This document shows positions 14,003 through 28,531 of a DNA stretch of 64,000 bases, piece by piece. The stretch comes from Octopus bimaculoides. Taxonomy: Eukaryota. Every line of letters starts with the position of its first letter. Within the stretch, counting starts at the first letter, position 1. A program made the position numbers and the translations under genes. The DNA lies in contig NC_068984.1 of the NCBI RefSeq assembly GCF_001194135.2, forward strand, positions 16,065,389 through 16,129,388, in the 5' to 3' direction. The notes beneath the pieces are model-generated. The model saw only the letters and a program-made list of their open reading frames with translations. It did no database searches and was not told where the DNA came from.

Positions 14003-16716
14003 ATATCATTGATATATATATAAATATATATGTGTGTATATATATGTATGTGTGTGTGAATGTATGTATATATATGTGTGTGTGCATGTGTTGTGAATGT
14101 GTGTGTGTGTGAATGTGTGTGTGTGAGTGTGTGTGTGTGTGTGTGTGTATGTGTGTGTGTGTGTGCTTCATTCCTGATGTCAACAAGTCACCTGCTAGCT
14201 TTGTGCCTCTGTAGACATGTAGAATAAAAGATACTTTGAGGGAAAACGCCAGGAAAGGCATTCAGTTGTAAAACAATGCCTTAATAATATATTCATCTAA
14301 CTCATGACAGCATAGAAAAATGGATGTAAAAATGAACAAATAAACACACTGACACACACACACACACATACACACACATACACACACACACACACATACA
14401 CACACACACACACACACACTTCCTTGAATGGTTGCTTGATACATTTGTATAATCTATCAAAAGATGAACAGATAAAATAATTCTCTCTTAATAAAAACCA
14501 ATCATTCATTTTTATGAGATATCAAGCGGATGTGATCAATAAAGACAACTACTTGACATTTGTTGCTGCTGTTGTTGTTGCCATTGCTGTCTAGTACCAG
14601 GTCAACCATTATTGCATGCAACTGGGATCAAAGGTCTTCCAGCTATGACCATCCCTATCTTTTTGTATATTCCAGTGAGTCATGCTTCTTTTGTTAAGAC
14701 ACTAGAGTATTACATGAGGGAATTTGCCCATTATATTTAGCAAGTCAAGCAACCAAATGCAGGCTTCCATGTTGACATTTTCTGCTGTTGGAAACCATTA
14801 TGTGATCAATAGATCAATAAGAACAGTTGCCAAATATCTTTCAAATCATGCTGTATCATCTTAGAAAAGGAAGGAGGTTGGATGATATAATTTTATGCAA
14901 ACTACACCTGAATAAAAAGAGAGGATGGTCAAAGATGGAATGACTCTGATCATAGAAATGCTACATCAAAATTGGCTTGATAGATATACAACAATGAAAC
15001 AACAAGAAAGGATTAAGCATATTAAAGAAGTCACTATCATTCCCACCCAACAAAATTACCATTTAGAAAACATCAAGTGCAAGAAATATGAAATATTGTA
15101 CCACATACTTATAGGCTAATCCAGGGCAGAGACCGATGATTCTGCAGGTTTTCTCTTTGGTTACATCCCAGCAATGAAGTGTACCTCTTATAGTTGTATC
15201 ATCTCTGTTTATATTACATTCATAACTGGAAAAGGAAAGAAAAAATAAATTTTAACAATTGAGCAAATAGGATCGAAACACCAAAGACTTATTCCATTTT
15301 CCTTGAGCAACAAATACACTGTCTCTGTTTTTTTTTTACAAACTTTTGAACCTATATGGGTGTGTATATGTATGTGTAATTGTGTGTGTGTGAAGATGTA
15401 TGTACAGGTGTACTACACTGGCTTTTAGGAGCTCCTTGGTTTCATGGCTTCTCCATAAAGGCACTCCCATCTCATTGATCTCTCCTCTTCTCACCCACAT
15501 TGTGTCTACATTCATCAGTTATTGCATTAATCATTACATTGAATTATGCTTAAGGGAAATAATACAGAGAAAATTACGAGAGGCAAATAGTATTGCAAAA
15601 ATTATTAGGAGGCTTTGACAGATTAAAAATTTCTGTCTTTATTGTGTCAGGATATTAACTTACAATAAGTTTATATTGTTCATCAAACACACTTCAGCTC
15701 CAAGCCCATAGATGCGTTTACTCGCCAACACATACTCCAACCTCTACCTCACAACATATTTACTTAACAAATATATTTCAACCTCAGGCCTATGGATGGC
15801 TTTGTTCATCATCAAACTATCCAACCTCTGGTCATAGATACACTCACTCATCAATACATTCCAGCCTTAGGCCCAGAGATGTGTTTATTCACCATCACTC
15901 TCCAATTTCAGGCCTATAGATATAATAGCTCACCAACACATACTACAACCTTTGGCCCACCAAATGTACTATTTCCCCAATCTTATTTTTCTCCTGCGAC
16001 TACACTGGCTTTTAGGAGCTCGTTGGTGTCATGGCTTCTCCATTAAGACACTCCCATCTCACTCATCTCTCCTCCTCTTCTCACCCACATTGTGTCTTGC
16101 ACTAATTATTACATTCAGTCCTTTATCTCAGACTGGCATACTTCTGTCCTTGCACATGTTTTCCCCACAGTCATTGACTGTCAACAGCTCGAGAAGAATA
16201 TTAACCACATCAGTCCAACCAATATTTAAGAGTTTGCAACTGCTATGGGTAAAACCTTAGCCCTTAGCCAAAACTAATAAAAATTCCAAACAAAACAAAT
16301 AAACAAGTAATAAGTTACTTATTAAAAGAGGATAAGATTTACTTACAAAAGATATTTTATAAATAATTAAATTATCCAAGATATTTTTGTATCAATTAGC
16401 TATTTCACCCAAAATGAATTATTATTATTAAACTAATTTTTAAGGTGGCAGGCTGGCAGAATTGTTAAGATGGGGGGTAAAATGCTTAGCAACATTTTGC
16501 ACGTCTTTATGTTCTGAATTCAAATTCTGCCAAGGTAGACTTTGTCGTTTATCCTTTTGTGGTTGATAAAATAGGTAGCATTTGAGTACTGGGGTTCGAT
16601 GTAATCAACTTACCCCCTCCCCAAAATTGCTGGCCTTGTGCCAAAACGTGAAACCATTATTAAACTAATTTTTACCCTGTTTTATCTGTCCCAAATTACT
16701 TCATTTGTAATCAAGT

Positions 16717-16783
<67 letters not shown>

Positions 16784-19700
16784 ATATAATTTCTACTCAC
16801 AGGGTACCTGTGGAAGAGGTAGACCCAGGAAGACCTGGGATGAGGTGGTGAAGCACGACCTTCGAACATTAGGCTTCACCGAGGCAATGACTAGTGACCG
16901 AGACCTTTGGAAATATGTTGCGCGTGAGAAGACCCGGCAAGACAAATGAGACCATAATCCGTGGCCTTTACCAGGGGTGTAGCCAGCCCACTTATGCGTA
17001 TCTTTCCTTCTTTGGAGACAAAACCCTGCTTGCGAAGACCTGTTGAAGCAAGTGAAATCGAAATCGAAATTGAACCAAATTCGATGGCTGGCACCTATGC
17101 CAACCTTCCTTCATTGGACATTAAACTCAGCTTGCGAAGACCTGTTGGGGCAAGTGAGATCGTAACTGAACCAAATTCGATGACTGGCACCTGTGCCAGT
17201 GGAGCGCTAACAGCACCATCTGAGCAGGATCACTGCCAGAGAAGCGGTCTCGTTTCTGTGCTGGTGGCATGTAAAAAGCACCATTTGAGCGTGATCGTTT
17301 CTAGCTTCACCTTACTGGCACTTGTGCCGGTGACATGTGAACAAAACATTGGACTGACTCCTGTGCAGGTAGCACGTAAAAAACACTATTTGAGCGTGGC
17401 TGTTGCCAGTACCACCAAACTGGCCCTCGTGCCAGTGGCACGTAAAAAGCACCCACTATACTCTCAGAGTGGTTGGCATTAGGAAGGGCATTCAGCCTTA
17501 GAAACTCTGCCAGATCAGATTGGAGTCTGGTGTAGCCATCTGGTTCGCCAGTCCCCAGTCAAATTGTCCAACCCATGCTAGCATGGAAAGCGGACATTAA
17601 ATGATGATGATGATGATGATGATGTTCCAACAATTACTAAATTGTCTTTCACCCTTTCATATCTAATTGTTAGACTGTCTTTGCATAGCAATTAAATTTC
17701 AAATCATTTGAGATTTTGAAGGGATTTGTGAAATATCTGCAATGTAATGTTGTTGGCATTGATCAAATGAAATCTTCCAATATCATGCATGACGTAACAA
17801 GATTTTGATTGGGAGTCAGGTTTACATTATGAATACTTTAATAAGGACAGTCTCAAGCAGGTTGGGCATTAAAAGGATTGACGTTAGGATTGTCTACAGA
17901 ATGTTAAATCAGAAATTTTCAAAACACAGAAATGTTATAGTAACAAATACTAATGAAACACTGAAATATGCCACCATCTGACATTCCCTTTGCCATTTAT
18001 TTCTTCACTCTTTTACTGGAGTCATTTATTAGTTTGAGGCCATGCTGGAGCATTCTCTTTTAGGGTATAGCTGATTGGTGGTAATGTGGTATTTGAAGAA
18101 CTTAATAGAATGTAAGAGACTACAAAGCGGTGAGCTGGCAGAATCGTTAGCAACCTGGGCGAAATGCTTAACAGTATTTCGTCTGTCTTTACGTTCTGAG
18201 TTCAAATTCTGCCGAGGTCGACTTTGCCTTTCATCTTTTGGGGTCGATAAATTAAGTACCAGTTACGCACTGGGGTCGATGTAATCTACTTAGTCCCTTT
18301 GTCTGTCCTTGTTTGTCCCCTCTATGTTTAGCCCCTTGTGGGCAATAAAGAAGTAAGAATGTAAGAGACTACCACAAGGTATTTTATCCAGCATTCTCCC
18401 AATGTTGCCATCTATCTGATATTTATGAGTAACTGCATCAGTTTTATTATTTGGATCTCCTGAAGCAGAGCCGAATAGCTTTTCAGCAGCACTGATGACA
18501 ACAGCTTCATTCGAGCTCTGAAACATTTTCTATACAATCATAAGTTGTTTATATTTGATGTCGACTCTGATGAAGATTTAGAGTAATTTCAATACCTGCA
18601 TCATGCTGCTATGTCCACCAAGTTCCAATCTACAGCAAGGTGATATATGTTCGAAATAAATAAATATACTTAGATGCAGGAGTGGCTGTGTGGTAAGTAG
18701 CTTGCTTACCAACCACATGGTTCTGGTTTCAGTCCCACCGCATGGCACTAGCATGGGAGATGGACATCAAATGATAATGGGGATGTTGTCAAGGCCAATT
18801 TACAAGTAACAACATTATTGATTGGATCAGACTCAACAGAATTAAAACTGGGATGTTACATCTCTAACTGTGATGAGTTGGCCACATTCAAAGAAGCTGT
18901 TGAAGACATCCATATATGGAGAAAGTGGGAGCCTTGAGGAAGTGATGGGATGCCAGTCTGTCACAGGTGAGCTGCTAGATGCAGGAGGAAAGAGTGAGAG
19001 AAAGTTGTGGTGAATGAATCAACAGAAGTTCGCCATTACCTTCTGCCGGAACCATGTGGAGCTTAGGTGTTTTGGTCATAAGCCTACACATTACCTGGTC
19101 TGAGATTTGAACCTGCGATCCTTCAACCACAAGTCCGCTGCTCTAACAACTAGGCCATGTGCCTCCACCTCGTTAATGATGATTAAGAATAAATTGTAAT
19201 TACCTCAGATTGCTGTTAATGTTTGTTAGAAAACTGGTTCCTGACACTGAAACAGAAAATATTTTTGCTTCATAATTGGACAGTGGAGTTGCCGATTCTT
19301 CCCATCTTAGTACTACGGCATTGTCCTGATAGTGATCCTCGATTTGTAGCACCAAACTGATGGTGGAAACCTCTTTAACAGTTTCTGTAGCTGATGAGAC
19401 CTCAGCAGCAGATGGAACTTCTTTGACTGGGGAAAGTGAAACCGGTTTCACGGTGGTAGTCTCCACAACTGATGAAACTTCTTTGACAGATGAAACTTCT
19501 TTGACAGATGAAACTTCTTTGACAGATGAAACTTCCGTGAAAGAAGAAACTTCCTTTAAAAAGTTGAAGTAGAAGTAATATTAGTAGTAGTATCACTAGG
19601 AACAACAACAACAATAATAATTTCAAATAATAATAATAATAATAATAATAATAACGATAATAATAATAATAATAATAATAACTGCCCGGATGCAGTACCA

Positions 19701-20235
19701 GGCAGTGGCTCTTATGGCTTCTGATCTTAATTGATTGGAAGTGTTATGTACATTGTTTTGTCTTGGTATAAAAGATGGGCTACAGCAAATATTCTGCTTA
19801 ATACCACAGATTTGCTTGTCAGTTGTTTGACCTTAACCAGTTGAACATGTCCCTTGGTGGCTGACGATATGTGCATCTCTGATCATGAGCAGAAGTAGTG
19901 GGAGAGCATCATAGCCATGTGTTGAGAGGAATTCTTTGGGGTTTGAATAATTCACCTCTGGAAACATGGGTGTTTCGTTCAACATCCTTAAATAACCCTT
20001 ATTCAGGGACCTTTTGGGCAGGATGGGCTACTCGACCTGAAGAAAATTCAAACTAGGTACCACCTGCAAGGTCATGCGCTGTTTATCTTGATATGAGATC
20101 ACTATGTCACATGCATATGGTTGTGATGCATGTGCCTGGTGTACCCTTATCAGACGGGTAGTCATGATGGGTTTAATGGGCTTCATATATTTGTTCCCAA
20201 GTGTCACTTTGATGGCATACGTTGCTTTGTCACTC

Positions 20236-20273
<38 letters not shown>

Positions 20274-22412
20274 GGCAAGTGCAGACTGTCTTTACCTTCT
20301 CAGATCTCAAGGAGGATGAGGTTTGATCCAGTTTGAACATATATTTGCTGAATCAGAGTTGACTTAAGATTAAACAACCACACCAAAGAAAGAAACAATA
20401 AAAGTAACACTATCAAAAGCAAATACAACACAGAGCCTCAATGTGGTTGTTTGACCTGCTAAAAATAACAGTCAAACCTTTCAAATCAAGCAGGACCTTT
20501 GTTTTAAAAAAATGGAAAGGCACAATGAATAATGTAGTCCTAGATACTCTATATCTGAACAAATAAGGATGATTGCAGCTGCTTTTGAACAGGGCTCAGC
20601 TAGGGGTCTGACTACACTATCAATGATTCCGTTAAAGAAACATTAAAGAAATTAAAAAAAAACTCCTTAAACATTAAGAAAGTTCTTTAAACTTATAGGA
20701 CACCATACCTTTATATGTACACTGTTTTCAATATAAGATTGACTATTTTCTCTTGGTATATTCCCATTTTCAGTTTGACTGTTTCCTTTTGGGACGTTTC
20801 CATTTCCATCTTGATTATTTTCTTTCGGGTTATTTCCATTTTCAGTTTGACTATTTTCTTTAGGTATGTTTCCATTTTCAGATGAACCCTTTGTTGTTCC
20901 TGATGAGTCTTGAGTTGGACTCAAGACAGTTTTCAGCTGTTCATTGAGTGCATCCTCATTAGGAGATTGATCAGCTATTTCAGTGCTGCTTGATTCAGAT
21001 ACTGACAGAGTATCACTCTCGTTATTCGAAGACATTGTTGATGATGTAAATTCTGTTTATTTGAAAGGAAGAAGAAAAAAAAAAGCTTAAATAACAGTGC
21101 TAGAATATGAATAATATGAATTTATATTTTCCCTTTAAAGGGATTATGAGTAGATGACCACACTCAACTTTCAACTGACACTCTATTGGTCATGATGATG
21201 AGGGTTCCAGTTGATCTAATCAACATAACAGCCTGCTTGTGGAATTAGCATGCAAGTGGCTGAGCACTCCACAGACACGTATACCCTTAACGTAGTTCTC
21301 GGGGAGATTCAGTATGATACAGAACGTGACATGGCTGCTCCTTAGAATTCATCATCATCATCATCATCGTTTAACGTCTGCTTTCCATGCTAGCATGGGT
21401 TGGACGATTCGACTGAGGACTGGTGAAACCAGATGGCTACACCAGACTCCAATCTGATTTGGCAGAGTTTCTACAGCTAGATGCCAACCTGCTTGAGACT
21501 GTCCTTATTAAAGTATTCATAATGTAAACTTGACTCCCAATCAAAATCTTGTTACGTCATGCATGATATTAGAAGATTTCATTTGATCAATGCCAACAAC
21601 ATTACATTGCAGATATTTCACAAATCCCTTCAAAATCTCAAATGATTTGAAATTTAATTGCTATGCAAAGACAGTCTAACAATTAGATATGAAAGGGTGA
21701 AAGACAATTCAGTAATTGTTGGAACATCATCATCATCATCATCATTTAATGTCCGCTTTCCATGCTAGCATGGGTTGGACAATTTGACTGGGGACTGGCG
21801 AACCAGATGGCTACACCAGACTCCAATCTGATTTGGCAGAGTTTCTACAGCTGGATGCCCTTCCTAACATCAACCACTCCGAGAGTGTAGTGGGTGTACT
21901 GGCAATGGCCATGCTCAAAATGGTGTATTTTATGTGCCACCCGCACAAGAGCCAGTCCAGGGGCACTGGCAACGATCTCGCTCAAAAGTCCTTACACATG
22001 CTGCGGGCACAAGTGCCAGAAAGGCGACGCTGGGCACAGGTGCCATCATGATTTCGCTTGCCCCAACAGGTCTTCACAAGCTGAGTTTCGTGTCCATTGA
22101 AGGAGACGACGTTGGCATGGGTGCCAGTCGTCGAATTACAAATACAAATCATTTTTGCCAGCTGTGAGGACTGGAGCAACATGAGATACAGTGTCTCACT
22201 CAAGGACACAATGCACTGCTGGGGCTCAAACTCATGACTTTATGATTGTGAGCCAAATACATTAACAACTAGGCCATGCACTTTTACAATTTAGTATTCA
22301 GATTACCAAATTGAATACTAAATATCTTCTGTATGCCATGAGCTTTTGACTTCTCCTCCCCAAAGGGTTTTTTTTTACCCAAAATTTACATGCTATTATT
22401 TATAATTATTCA

Positions 22413-22485
<73 letters not shown>

Positions 22486-23898
22486 GCCCAGATGCAGCAC
22501 CAGGCAATGGCTCTCATGGCTTCTGATCTTAATTGATTGAAAGTGTTATCATGTACATTGTTTTGTCTTGGTATAGAAGATGGCCTACAGCAGTATTGAA
22601 AAAGGTGGTGAGCTGGCAGAATCATTAGCATGCCAAGCAAAATGCTTAGCGGTATTTTATCTGTCACTACATTCTAAGTTCAAATTCCGCTGAGGTTGAC
22701 TCTGCCTTTCATCCTTATATATATATATCCTTTTGAGCATTGAGCCTCACAGAGGCAAGGTAGTTGATGCTGGTGGCATGTGAAAGGCACCTTTCGAGTG
22801 CCGGGCCTCATGAAGGTAATGATAGATGATCGAGTCCTTTGGCATTATGCCATGCTTGAGTAGAAGATCCATCAAGCAAAGTAAAATTGCAGTCATGGTA
22901 ACTACTGGTGCCACATAAATGGCAGAAAAAGCACCTGTGTCAGTGGCACATAAAAACTCCCATCACAATCTGTAAAGTGGTTGGCATTAGGAAACCATGC
23001 CAGATCAGACTGGAGTCTAGTACAGCCTTCCAGCTTTCCAGCCTTGGTCAAACCATCCAACCTATGCCAGCATGGGCAACAGACGTTAAATGATGATGAT
23101 GATGATGATATAGGAAGAAGGTTTGACCAAATTCTCCATGGGTTGCTAGGAGTGATTCCAGCCATGGCTGACATGAATACTACATGAACACCAACAACAA
23201 AGCTATGCACCAACATCAAAAACATGAAGACACCTCCACCAGGAACTATTTACAACTAACCTACCACATTACCATCATCATCAACAACATCTCTCTCTGA
23301 ACACAAATGTAATTGTAAGCCTCGAAAGACATGTCCATGAAATGGAAACTGTGTCCAAGCAAATATATTGTACCAGCACCTAATAACAACAGGATCTACC
23401 GCAAGATCACACATTGGGGCCTCCACTGACCCTGTGAAACCCCAAATATCAACCTGTATATAAAGTGGTACCCCATCAGTTACAATGATGAGTGATCTGG
23501 TTGATCTGATTAACGGAACAGCCTGATCGTGAAATTAATGTGCATGTGGCTGAGTACTCCACAAACATGCATATCTTTAACATAGTTCTCAGGAATATTT
23601 CAACATGACACTGAATATGAAAAGGCTGGCCCTTTGGATTATACATGTGGAACTCATTTTTGCAATGATGATGACAATGACAGTGACAGTGATGATGAGG
23701 ATGGTGATGATGAGGATGGTGATGATGAGGATGGTGATGATGAGGATGGTGATGATGATGATCTTGCTCAATGAGAAATAAAATGTCTTGCAATTTACAT
23801 GCCACCAGGAATTGAACTTACATCCTTATGTTCCTTAGCTAAATACCCTAACCTCTAAGCCATGCTTCGTGGTTAAGGTATATGGCCCACAATCGTTC

Positions 23899-23933
<35 letters not shown>

Positions 23934-25222
23934 ACACACTCACATACATATGCAGACATGCACACACGTGCACATACACACACATGTGCATGCACTCACA
24001 TACACGCACACACACACACATGCACACATATACACACACACACATGCACACATATACACACACACACACGCACACACATGCACACATATACACACATACA
24101 CGCACACACACACACATGCACACATATACACACACATGCACACATATACACACACACACACACATGCACACATACACACACACACCCGCACACACACATG
24201 CACATGCACTCACACTCGCACACACACATGCACACACATACGCACACACACATATGCACACACATTCACACAAATACATGTGTACATGCACACACACAAC
24301 CACACACGCATGCACACACACACACACGCACACACACACAACCACACACACATGCACACACACACACACNNNNNNNNNNACAACCACACACACATGCACA
24401 CACACACACACACACACACACAGAAAACAGACTCATCTAATTCATGTCAACATAGGGAGCATAAAAAAAACGAACAGGTGCAAACACATGATGATGCAGT
24501 TAATGAAGAAGATGATGATTGTTAGTGATGCTGGAGATATTCTTCCAAATTAGAATTTATGCTAAGACGCAGTTTGTCTAACAGAAATAAAATGGCCGAA
24601 TTACATTGCAATAAATAACAACGAGAGCACTCAGAGAGCGCAAACCTCTGCCAAGGCAACATCAAACGTCCTCTCAATGATTAGCCAGAGATAATTTTTA
24701 AAATGAGAATATCTGAAATAAACTCTACTGCTCACACAAATGAGAATACTAAAAATGAACCCAACTGCTCTCAAAGATTAAGTAAAAACACTGGAAAAAT
24801 AATCCAGAATCCTTGTCCGGCACCTGGTCGATCCCAAAATCTAATCAGTTCATACCAGTTTCCTTTCACAAGGTCAAACATCCCTGAAAGTTTCATCCAA
24901 ATCCATCCAGTGATTCTAGAGATATCTTTTGCTAAGGTGGAGGTAATAATGTCAAAAACTCACCTGAAGATTGTGAAGAATTGGTCATGACAGAATTTTC
25001 TTTTACAGTAATATATTCCAGGAACGGTTCTGAGGTATTTATTCTTTCAATGGGTGAAAGCCTTTCTAAATATTTAATTACATCGGTCATCTTTATATCA
25101 AGGACATTTGATGTTATTGGTTTCACAGAATCATCTAGAGCAGAACAAAAATATATTTAAATAAAATATGATGGTAATATTGATGGTGAACATCATGATG
25201 ATAAACAGGAAGATGATGATGG

Positions 25223-25275
<53 letters not shown>

Positions 25276-25686
25276 GTGGTGGTGAGGATGATGGTGATGA
25301 TGGTAAGGAGGAGGAGGTTGAGGAGGAGTAGTAGGATATAGATGATGATGTCAGTGATGATGATGATGACAATGATGGTGATGTTGCTGCTGCTGTAGAT
25401 GGTCGTGGCAATGATGCTAAGGAGTGAAAATGATGATGCAGATGAAGACGACAATGAAGATGATGATGATGATGATGATGACAGTGATGAGGATGTTGAT
25501 GATGATGTTGTTCATGATGATGATGATGATGACGATGACAATGACGACAGTGATGATCATGATCATGATGATCATAATGACCATGATGATAGAGTTGTTG
25601 ATGATGATGATGATGACAATGACGATGATGACAACAGTAATGTGGTTGATGATGACAACAATGGACTGTAATGATAATGATGATGA

Positions 25687-25720
<34 letters not shown>

Positions 25721-27756
25721 GGTGGTGGTGGTGGTGATAATAATGGTGATGATGATGAAGATAATGTTGATGATGATGGTGATGATGATGATGGTTGTGG
25801 TGGTGGTGGTGATAATGGTGGTGGTGGTGATGAAGATAATGTTGATGATGGTGATGATGATGATGATGATGTTAGTGGTGATGATGATGATGATGATGAT
25901 GATGGTGGTGGAGGTGGTGGTGGTGGTGGGGATGATGATGACGAGGATGATGACTATGACGACAGTGTTGCTGTGTTGTGATTCCCTTCAGTGATAGTTC
26001 CTTTCTGAAAGAGAATCTGAATGTTCTTGAAAATAAAAGTTTTTACACAGGATATTCTCAATGCTGTTGTTTCACCTCAAGTCAACATCAGTCAAACAAA
26101 CCTTCAATAGGAACAAAGACATTCCGACAGTGACCCCCCCCCTCCATCTTTTTTTAAGAGTATGATGATGATGATGATATCTAGGACTACTTGTGATTTC
26201 AAGGAGAGCTGGCTGCTATTTCTAGCAAACCTAGAGGCCATGTAGAGGCAACCTCCATGAACATCATGCATACATTGCGTTGGGAACCAAGTTCACTTTT
26301 ATAGGCATTGAAAGAAAGATTTGCTTCTATTCTTCAGTATGCATGATGATTTTGTTTATTGCAATGACGTTAAAGACCTCACGGCTGCCATCTGATCAAC
26401 GAAACAGCCTGCTCATGAAATTAACGTGCAAGTGGCTGAGCACTTCACAGACACGTGTACCCTTAGCGTAGTTCTTGGGGATATTCAGCGTGACACAGTG
26501 TGACAAGGCTGACCCTTTGAATTACAGGCACAACAGAAACAGGAAGTAAGAGTGAGAGAAAGTTGTGGTGAAAGAGTACAGCAGGGTTCACCACCATCCC
26601 CTGCCGGAGCCTCACGGAGCTTTAGGTGTTTTCGCTTAATAATCACTCACAACGCCTGGTCTGGGAATCGAAACCGCGATCCTATGACCACGAGTCCACT
26701 GCCCTAACCACTGGGCCATTGCACCTCCACTGCCATCTGATGTGAATACTATCCAAAAGACCAAGTCTGATTTCCTGGGAAACGGGAAATTGTCAAATGA
26801 TGAAGAACTTGTGCAGACCCTGTTAACCAGATTTTGAGCACAGGACTGCAGTATGAGTGTAAAAGTGCATTTCCTGCACAGTCATCTGGACAACTTCTTT
26901 AAAAATCATAAGGCAATAAGTGATGAGCAAAAGGAGAAAGATTCCTCCAAGATATCCAGACCATGAAGACTAGGTAACCAGGCTGGAGGAACACAGACAT
27001 GAAGGCTGACTGCTGCCAGTGTCTGCAAAGAATTTGACACAATGCAACTTATTCACACAAAACATTAAGGAGAAATTTCATTCCTTCATCATCATCATTA
27101 TCATCGTTTAATGTCCACTTTCCACACTGGCATGGGTTGGACGGTTTGACTGAGGACTGGCAAGTCAAGAAGCTGCACCAGGCTCCAATCTAATCTGGCA
27201 AGGTTTCTACAGCTGAATGCCCTTCCTAATGCCAACCACTCCGAGAGTGTAGTGGGTGCTTTTTACATGCCACTGGCACGGGAGCCAATCCTTGAATAGC
27301 TGAAATCCGAGCTTGACAGAAATATCTGTCCTAAGATGTGTAATTAAACATTTTGTGTAATGTATTTACTAAGCAATAAAAAGTGGTATTCGGTTTGTGT
27401 TAGTTTCTTATATCAGTAATGCATTTAATGGTAATTCCTGCTTAACGAATTCCTGTTTAACAAAAGAACTCAACAAGATAGAAAATTTGCGAGAGCATTT
27501 CTGAACTCAGCAGCATCAAATCAGGTAAGATTCATTGTAAAATGTAAGACAACAAAAAATTTTTTCATAAATGTTCCCCAGTATAGGCGTAGGAGTGGCT
27601 GTGTAGTAAGTAGCTTGCTTACAGACCACATGGTTCCGGGTTCAGTCCCACTGCGTGGCACCTTGGGCAAGTGTCTTCTATGATAGCCTTGGGCCGACCA
27701 AAGCCTTGTGAGTGGATTTGGTAGACGGAAACTGAAAGAAGCCCATCGTATATATG

Positions 27757-27793
<37 letters not shown>

Positions 27794-28489
27794 ATGTGTT
27801 TGTGTGTTTGTGTTTGTCCCCCAACATCGCTTGACAGCCGATGGTGGTGTGTTTACGTCACCGTAACTTAGCGGTTCGGCAAAAGAGACTGATAGAACAA
27901 GTACTAGGCTTACAAAGAATAAGTCCTGGGGTCGATTAGCTCGAATAAAGGCAGTGCTCCAGCATGGCCACAGTCAAATGACTGAAACAAATAAAAGAGA
28001 GTATTATCTCCTTGCAAGTAAAGACCTTTATTGATGTATTTATTGTAAACTGATGTAACTTAATATATCATTTCTTATACATACGTAAAAGACAGACAAC
28101 TGAATTTTTAACCAAAGCTCTATTGGATGTTTAAAGAGAGAATAAAGTTATTTTTTTACATCCTTTGTATTAGTTTGTCGTCTTTCCTTTCTGTCCATTA
28201 TAGTGAATATATTGCCAATGCACATGAGTATAAATCATGGGTTTGTATTTCAGTATGACTATAGTAGGCTGCTAAAAGTTAGCTGATTGGTTCAAGCAAA
28301 TCATTTTAAGGAAGAAAAATGTATTTCTATTTCAGAATCATCATCATCATCATTTAATGTTTGCTATTTCATGCTTGCATAGGTCAGACAGTATTCGCTG
28401 AGGCAGATTTCCTATGGCCAGATGCCTTCCCTGTCACCAACTCTTACCTGTTTCCAAGCAAAGTGATATTTCCTCATGGCTCAACATGT

Positions 28490-28531
<42 letters not shown>

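Noticed and set aside
15697-15970. Regularly spaced repeats resembling a CRISPR array
   Set aside because: These are degenerate tandem units without unique spacers, in a eukaryotic intron with no cas genes.
16961-17482. 173-aa + strand ORF
   Set aside because: It lies wholly within an RTE 3' UTR; the homologous copies elsewhere in the window are not open.
18492-18525. CTGATGA...GAAAC hammerhead-like string
   Set aside because: Stem II is not flush with the core, and no stem I or III can be formed.
18290-18526. 78-aa minus ORF with protein-like composition in intron 15
   Set aside because: No good phase 2-2 splice pair, its 3' part is a SINE, and exon 16 already completes the domain.
23848-25994. 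Long His/Thr, Val/Cys, Asp and Met-rich ORFs (also 33195-33624, 45945-46645, 48549-49746, 55695-56398, 58427-59984)
   Set aside because: These are translations of microsatellites or N gaps.
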